This document shows positions 19,099 through 23,618 of a DNA stretch of 23,618 bases, piece after piece. Location: NCBI GenBank assembly GCA_008632985.1, contig QPGO01000088.1, positions 310,001-333,618 on the forward strand, written 5' to 3'. The position numbers and the translations under genes are program-made. Below the pieces are notes generated by a model that saw only the letters and a list, made by a program, of their open reading frames with translations, ran no database searches and was not told the origin of the DNA. This DNA is from Psammoneis japonica. Taxonomy: Eukaryota. Numbering within the stretch: the stretch's first letter is position 1; each line of letters starts with the position of its first letter.

Positions 19099-20337
19099 AT
19101 GAATCACATGTTCAGAGGAGTTGGACGTCTCTCGGAGGTTGTGATGGAGAGAGCATCGGGAACCTATGTCAGCACCCAATGTGGCCGCACTCTCTTAGAT
19201 TTTGTGTCTGGTATTGGAGTCACGAATACGGGAAACAACCACCCGAAAGTAGTTGCTGCTGCCAAGGAACAATGTGACAATCTCGTTCATGGACAAGTCA
19301 ACCTCGGATACCACGCCCCAATGATTGAACTCACGGAAGAATTGATGCGTCCCGGCGTCATGCCTCATCCGCAGCTTGATAGAATATTTTACTCAACCAC
19401 GGGAGCCGAAGCAGTAGAGAATTCTATCAAGCTAGCAAAGTATGCCACTGGTCGCCCCAATGTAATTGTCTTTCAAGGCGGGTATCACGGAAGAACATCT
19501 TTGACAATGGCGCTAACTACGTCCTCAACAATTTACAGACAGAAGATGACAACTTCATCGAACGTCTTTGTTGCGCCTTTTCCCTATGAGCTTCATTCCA
19601 AAACGGTAGAGAATTGCCTTGACGACCTACAAACGATCTTGAAGACGCAGACCTTACCAGAGGAAGTTGCCGCTGTGATTATTGAGCCAGTACTTGGCGA
19701 GGGCGGCTATGTTCCAGCGCCTGCTCCGTTTCTAAAGGGCCTTCGTGAGATTTGTGATAAACACGGCATTCAACTTATTATGGATGAAGTTCAAACAGGT
19801 TTCGGAAGGACTGGAGAGCTGTTTGCGTCAAATCTTCATCCGGAGTGTCCGCCAGATATTTTGGTGATGGCAAAAGGATTAGCTTCTGGTTTTCCGCTGA
19901 GCGCCGTCGCAGCACGGTCTGAGTTGACGGACATGCAAGCTCCCGGCACAATGGGAGGGACTTATGCTGGCAACGCTATTTCGTGTGCTGCTGCCATTGC
20001 CACGCAAAAAGTTATTCGTGAAGAGGGACTCCTGGAGAACTCCAAGAAACAGGGAATGAGGCTTTGGAGTGGCTTGAAGGCTCTACAAAAAGAGCACGAC
20101 ATTGTTCGTGATGTGCGTGGTCCTGGCTGCATGGTGGGATTGGAACTTCAAAAGGATGCCCCGTCTGGCACGAACAAGAGCATTTCACAAGCTTGTTTCG
20201 AAAATGGAATGCTGCTGCTTCCTGCAAGCATTCATCCTACCGTTCGATTTATCCCTCCTCTAAACGTCAGCGACAATGAAGTGGACGAGGGATTAGAAAT
20301 TTTTGAAAAGTCCCTCAAACAGGTTGTGTACCAGTAG
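19099..20337 (+). CDS. Class III PLP aminotransferase, 4-aminobutyrate aminotransferase (GabT/PuuE)-like, 412 aa
   Basis: Motifs LDFVSGIGVTNTG, TGAEAVENSIKLA, FQGGYHGRT, IIEPVLGEGGY, LIMDEVQTGFGRTG, MAKGLASGFPLS (PLP lysine), GGTYAGN. Confidence 0.9.
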   Translation: MNHMFRGVGRLSEVVMERASGTYVSTQCGRTLLDFVSGIGVTNTGNNHPKVVAAAKEQCDNLVHGQVNLGYHAPMIELTEELMRPGVMPHPQLDRIFYSTTGAEAVENSIKLAKYATGRPNVIVFQGGYHGRTSLTMALTTSSTIYRQKMTTSSNVFVAPFPYELHSKTVENCLDDLQTILKTQTLPEEVAAVIIEPVLGEGGYVPAPAPFLKGLREICDKHGIQLIMDEVQTGFGRTGELFASNLHPECPPDILVMAKGLASGFPLSAVAARSELTDMQAPGTMGGTYAGNAISCAAAIATQKVIREEGLLENSKKQGMRLWSGLKALQKEHDIVRDVRGPGCMVGLELQKDAPSGTNKSISQACFENGMLLLPASIHPTVRFIPPLNVSDNEVDEGLEIFEKSLKQVVYQ

Positions 20338-20698
20338 ACTAGAAGTAGCTAAGGTGACTGCGAGACAAAATGTTTTCCGTAGCTTTTCCTATCAAAATGA
20401 GAGGGCGCATATTATGGTGACTTTCTTGGTCTGATGTAGCGAGGCAATATAGGGTAATAGGCTACACTCTTTACAGAGTCTCTCTCATGATAGTGTAAGG
20501 CCCTCTCTCTAGAGAGAGAAGACGAGTAGTAGAGTGAAGCAGTTGGTCTACTTAAGCTTCCTCGCTCCCAACTGGTCGTGTCGTACTATGCGGTCGGCGG
20601 GCGGGCGGTCACTGCACTGAAAAGATAGATACACAGTAAAAAGAAAAATTCGGAGTTTCACAGTTCACGATGCCGCTCATGGGCTGAGCCCATCAGCT

Positions 20699-21845
20699 AT
20701 GAAGTCCCGTGAAAGAGCTACAGTCTGCGACGGCGTCGGAAACATGGTGGCTCTCCAACGCTCGTAATAGTTGTTTCGGTTGCCGCAGCTGTTGTTTGGA
20801 TTGCATTAATGTCTTTCTGGATTGGATCCATGCTAGCTGCATCTGATGGGGCTTCTCGCTCGGCAGTAAGGATGCCGGGTCCAGTTGTTTCAAAAGACAA
20901 TGCAAACGATTTGTTGCCAGTTTCACCATTTGATATCTGGCCAGATGACACCGAAACTTATGATTTTTTCGGACATTGAAAAGTTGTGAACCCTCGAAGC
21001 TGGTAGCAAGTGTAAGGAACCAGTGGGTCTCTCGACCCACCGTGTAGCCGTACTTAGTCCTCCTGGGTCGATCGCTGATTTCGTCGCATCGTGGGTCAGA
21101 TCCGCTGTAAAGTTTCATAGCGCTGGAGAGCAGAACCACAATATTGAAATTGTGCTTTTGAAATTCGAGTCACGTTCCAGCGTATGGGTACGGAAAGAGC
21201 CACGGATTTCAGAAGATCATTCGCGTGGCTTCATTTCCAATGAGTCTAGCTGCGGCCGACACGGTGCAGTTCGCATTGTCGTCTAAAGGGGGTGAAAAGC
21301 ATGATGGTTTGGAAGATATGAAGGAGGTATCACGACAGGTTGTCCGCTGGCATTGTCGTTTGTCCCATGTTTCGGCACACACCCCGCTCTTGACTGTTAC
21401 GATGGAGAGCCTCATTGAAGACCCGTGGGAAATTGAAGAGCGATTATGCGGCTTCCTAGGTTTTTCAAAGAGGGAGTCTGGTGAGATGGAGGATATAGAA
21501 GAAGGAAAGCATATGGACGAAGACGAATTAATGCGATCCGTTGAGCCTATCCTTGATCATGCAAGTGATCTGCTAAACAAGGTGGACCGGGAATCGGGCA
21601 CAGAGAGTATGGAGTCGGTGCTGAATTCTGTGATTGCGGAGGAGCTGAAAGCCACGGACGACCTGTCGGCATGGCCCTGTGAGTCTTTTTGGACTGTCGG
21701 TGAGAAACGGAATCCGACCGTTCTCTCTCCCGTCGCTCGTCGCGTAGCCCAGGCTATGGCCCCGGAGTGCTCATCAGAACACGTGAATTGTGAAGTAAAG
21801 CGAGACAAATGTGAGGAGCGAGGGGACGCAATTTGCAAAGACTAG
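20699..21845 (+). CDS. Uncharacterised type II membrane protein, about 4 apparent frameshifts (error or pseudogene)
   Basis: Stitched frames give RRRRKHGGSPTLVIVVSVAAAVVWIALMSFWIG (TM), HRVAVLSPPG, SHVPAYGYGKSHGFQKIIRV, RQVVRWHCRLSHVSAHT, and a Cys-containing C-terminus ending at 21845. The start is uncertain. Confidence 0.6.
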
Positions 21846-21901
21846 AATACTACCAGGTACGCGTTAAGTACGAGGTAGTCTAATACGTACAGGTATTGAA
21901 G

Positions 21902-23484
21902 TTACACTGTTCTAGTCTGAGGGTCAGTCTTCGGCTCGTCGGGCGGTTTTTCCTGTGCATCAACGCTCATCTGCTTTGCCTGCTTGATCATTTCCTCCTG
22001 GTCTTCCTTGGTCACTTCCTGACCTTGAGCTTTTGCCATTGTCGTCATCGCAGCAACCGACATGCGCGTTTTAATCTCTTCTGGGTGAAAGTCATCTTCG
22101 GATTTGGCACTTTCAGCCATCCTTCCAATTGTTGTAAACTCTCTACCTAGGATGCGGACAGCTTCCGCTCGTTCAATACGAGCTTCTTTGGGCACGGCTG
22201 CATCCGCAAAGAGCTTCTTACACACTTGCTTGAGGGTTTGTTGAATATCTCGTTTGTTGATCGCCCAAGCCAAACCCAAGAACGCTGGGAGCGACTCATT
22301 CATAGTTTCCTCCATGGCGGCAGCATTCTCTGGATCTAGCTCCTGACCCTCTTCCATACCCCGCTGCATGTCTTCAGCTTGTTGCATAGCTTTGGCTCCT
22401 GCGCCTGCAGCTTTGATGCCAGCACCAAGCAGTTTCATATTGTTGTTAAAAGCTGAGGCATTCTTTCGTGTCTTGGCGAAATGACCACCTAACCCCAAGA
22501 ACGTCTTTTGGAATCCGAGATACTCTTCGGCGTCTGAAAAAAAGAGTAAAGCATAGAGTAAGAGAATCGGAAATATTGCCGCAACGACAAAGCAACCGGC
22601 ATCTTGGTCGTATTTCACTCAACCAGTTGGAGAGCAGTACCAATCGTTATGGCATTACACTTTCCAAATGCCCCCCGGTAATCTTCAAGGCTTCTCTTTG
22701 CCGCCAAGACGAATTCTCGCGTAGCCTTCTCCTTCTTCTTCAGCAGGGACGCCGACAAAGGGCTCTTTTTTCTCAAAATTCTGTGCGCATTTGACCTGCC
22801 TCTTGCGTTGCTTGATTTCGTCCTTTTGCTTCATTTCCTTGATTTTCGCCGCCATGAGCTCCTTTTTTCTCCTCTGTCATGTTCTCCGCCTCCACGGCTG
22901 TAGCTAACCCGTCGTCTTTCATCATGCTATCAGCTGTATTGGCATCCATAGCTCGCCAATGTATGCTCGACCAACGAAGACCCAACATGACATTGAAAAA
23001 GACGAAAGGGTCAACATCTTGCGCGGCATCGCCCTCGTTTCCTTCCTTCTTTCCGTTCTTATCGTAGTCTGCACGGGACTGTTCATTACTAAGTATCTGA
23101 TAGGCATGCCCAAGTTGTTGGAATTTCGCCGCTGCTTCAGGTCGTCGGGATTTGTCGGTGTACCTTTCTTGCTTCCTTGTAATAGGCCTTCTTGATGTCG
23201 CCTTGACTGGCGTTGGTCGAGACCTTGAGAAGATCGTAGTACTCGCGGTCTTTCACCTCGCGTTCCCCTCTTCTGATACACAGCACCAGCATCCGAAGCT
23301 GCTTCGTCCATCGCCTTCAATTCTTCACTCTGTCAGGAAATAAAAAGACCACTGCTTCGTCTCGGGGTCCCTACCTGCCCAGCGCCTTGCTTCTTTTGCA
23401 ATTCGAACCTCCTCCGCTTTGCTGGCGACCGACTTGCCACACTGTCGAGAAAGCTCTCCAACCACCGCTTTGTTTCTCAGCCAT
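21902..23484 (-). CDS. DnaJ-domain plus DnaJ-X-domain protein, multiple apparent frameshifts; 5' end uncertain
   Basis: VKDREYYDLLKVSTNASQGDIKKAYYKEARKVH[PD] ... AAAKFQQLGHAYQILSNEQSRADYDKNG, DPFVFFNVM, YIGELW. The C-terminal ORF 21902-22618 has SLPAFLGLAWAINKRDIQQTLKQVCKKLF...RIERAEAVRILGREF, typical of the X domain. Confidence 0.8.
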
Positions 23485-23618
23485 GATGGAATATGCAATC
23501 ATCTCTCTCTTGCCTCTACAGTATCTCCAACGCAGGACGCAGACTAAATACATAATACCGAGATCGAGATACAACAGCAACGCGGCATGCATCATGCATC
23601 ATTCATCATGTTCATTCC

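Overview
Eukaryotic, gene-dense window. It looks like a diatom/stramenopile, inferred from the gene families and the short GT-AG introns. Host genes: a divergent GUF1/LepA GTPase, a PMP34/SLC25A17-type carrier, a CDT1-like protein, a 3-exon 2OG-Fe(II) oxygenase-like protein, a GabT-like class III aminotransferase, and two frameshifted genes (a predicted membrane protein and a DnaJ/DnaJ-X protein). Between them lie repeat-derived segments: a 4 x 1333-bp tandem array carrying a Crypton-like recombinase fragment, a Pif1/Helitron-like helicase relic, and two unidentified islands. The main observation is that these repeat-derived segments, but not the genes, have almost lost the TpA dinucleotide. 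Aligned array copies show TA, TG and CA at the same positions, and conserved Tyr codons have become Cys or His. This points to repeat-targeted A>G hypermutation at TpA on both strands, the mirror image of fungal RIP. All counts are by eye. Homopolymer deletions near the right end suggest an imperfectly polished assembly, so short-read confirmation is needed.
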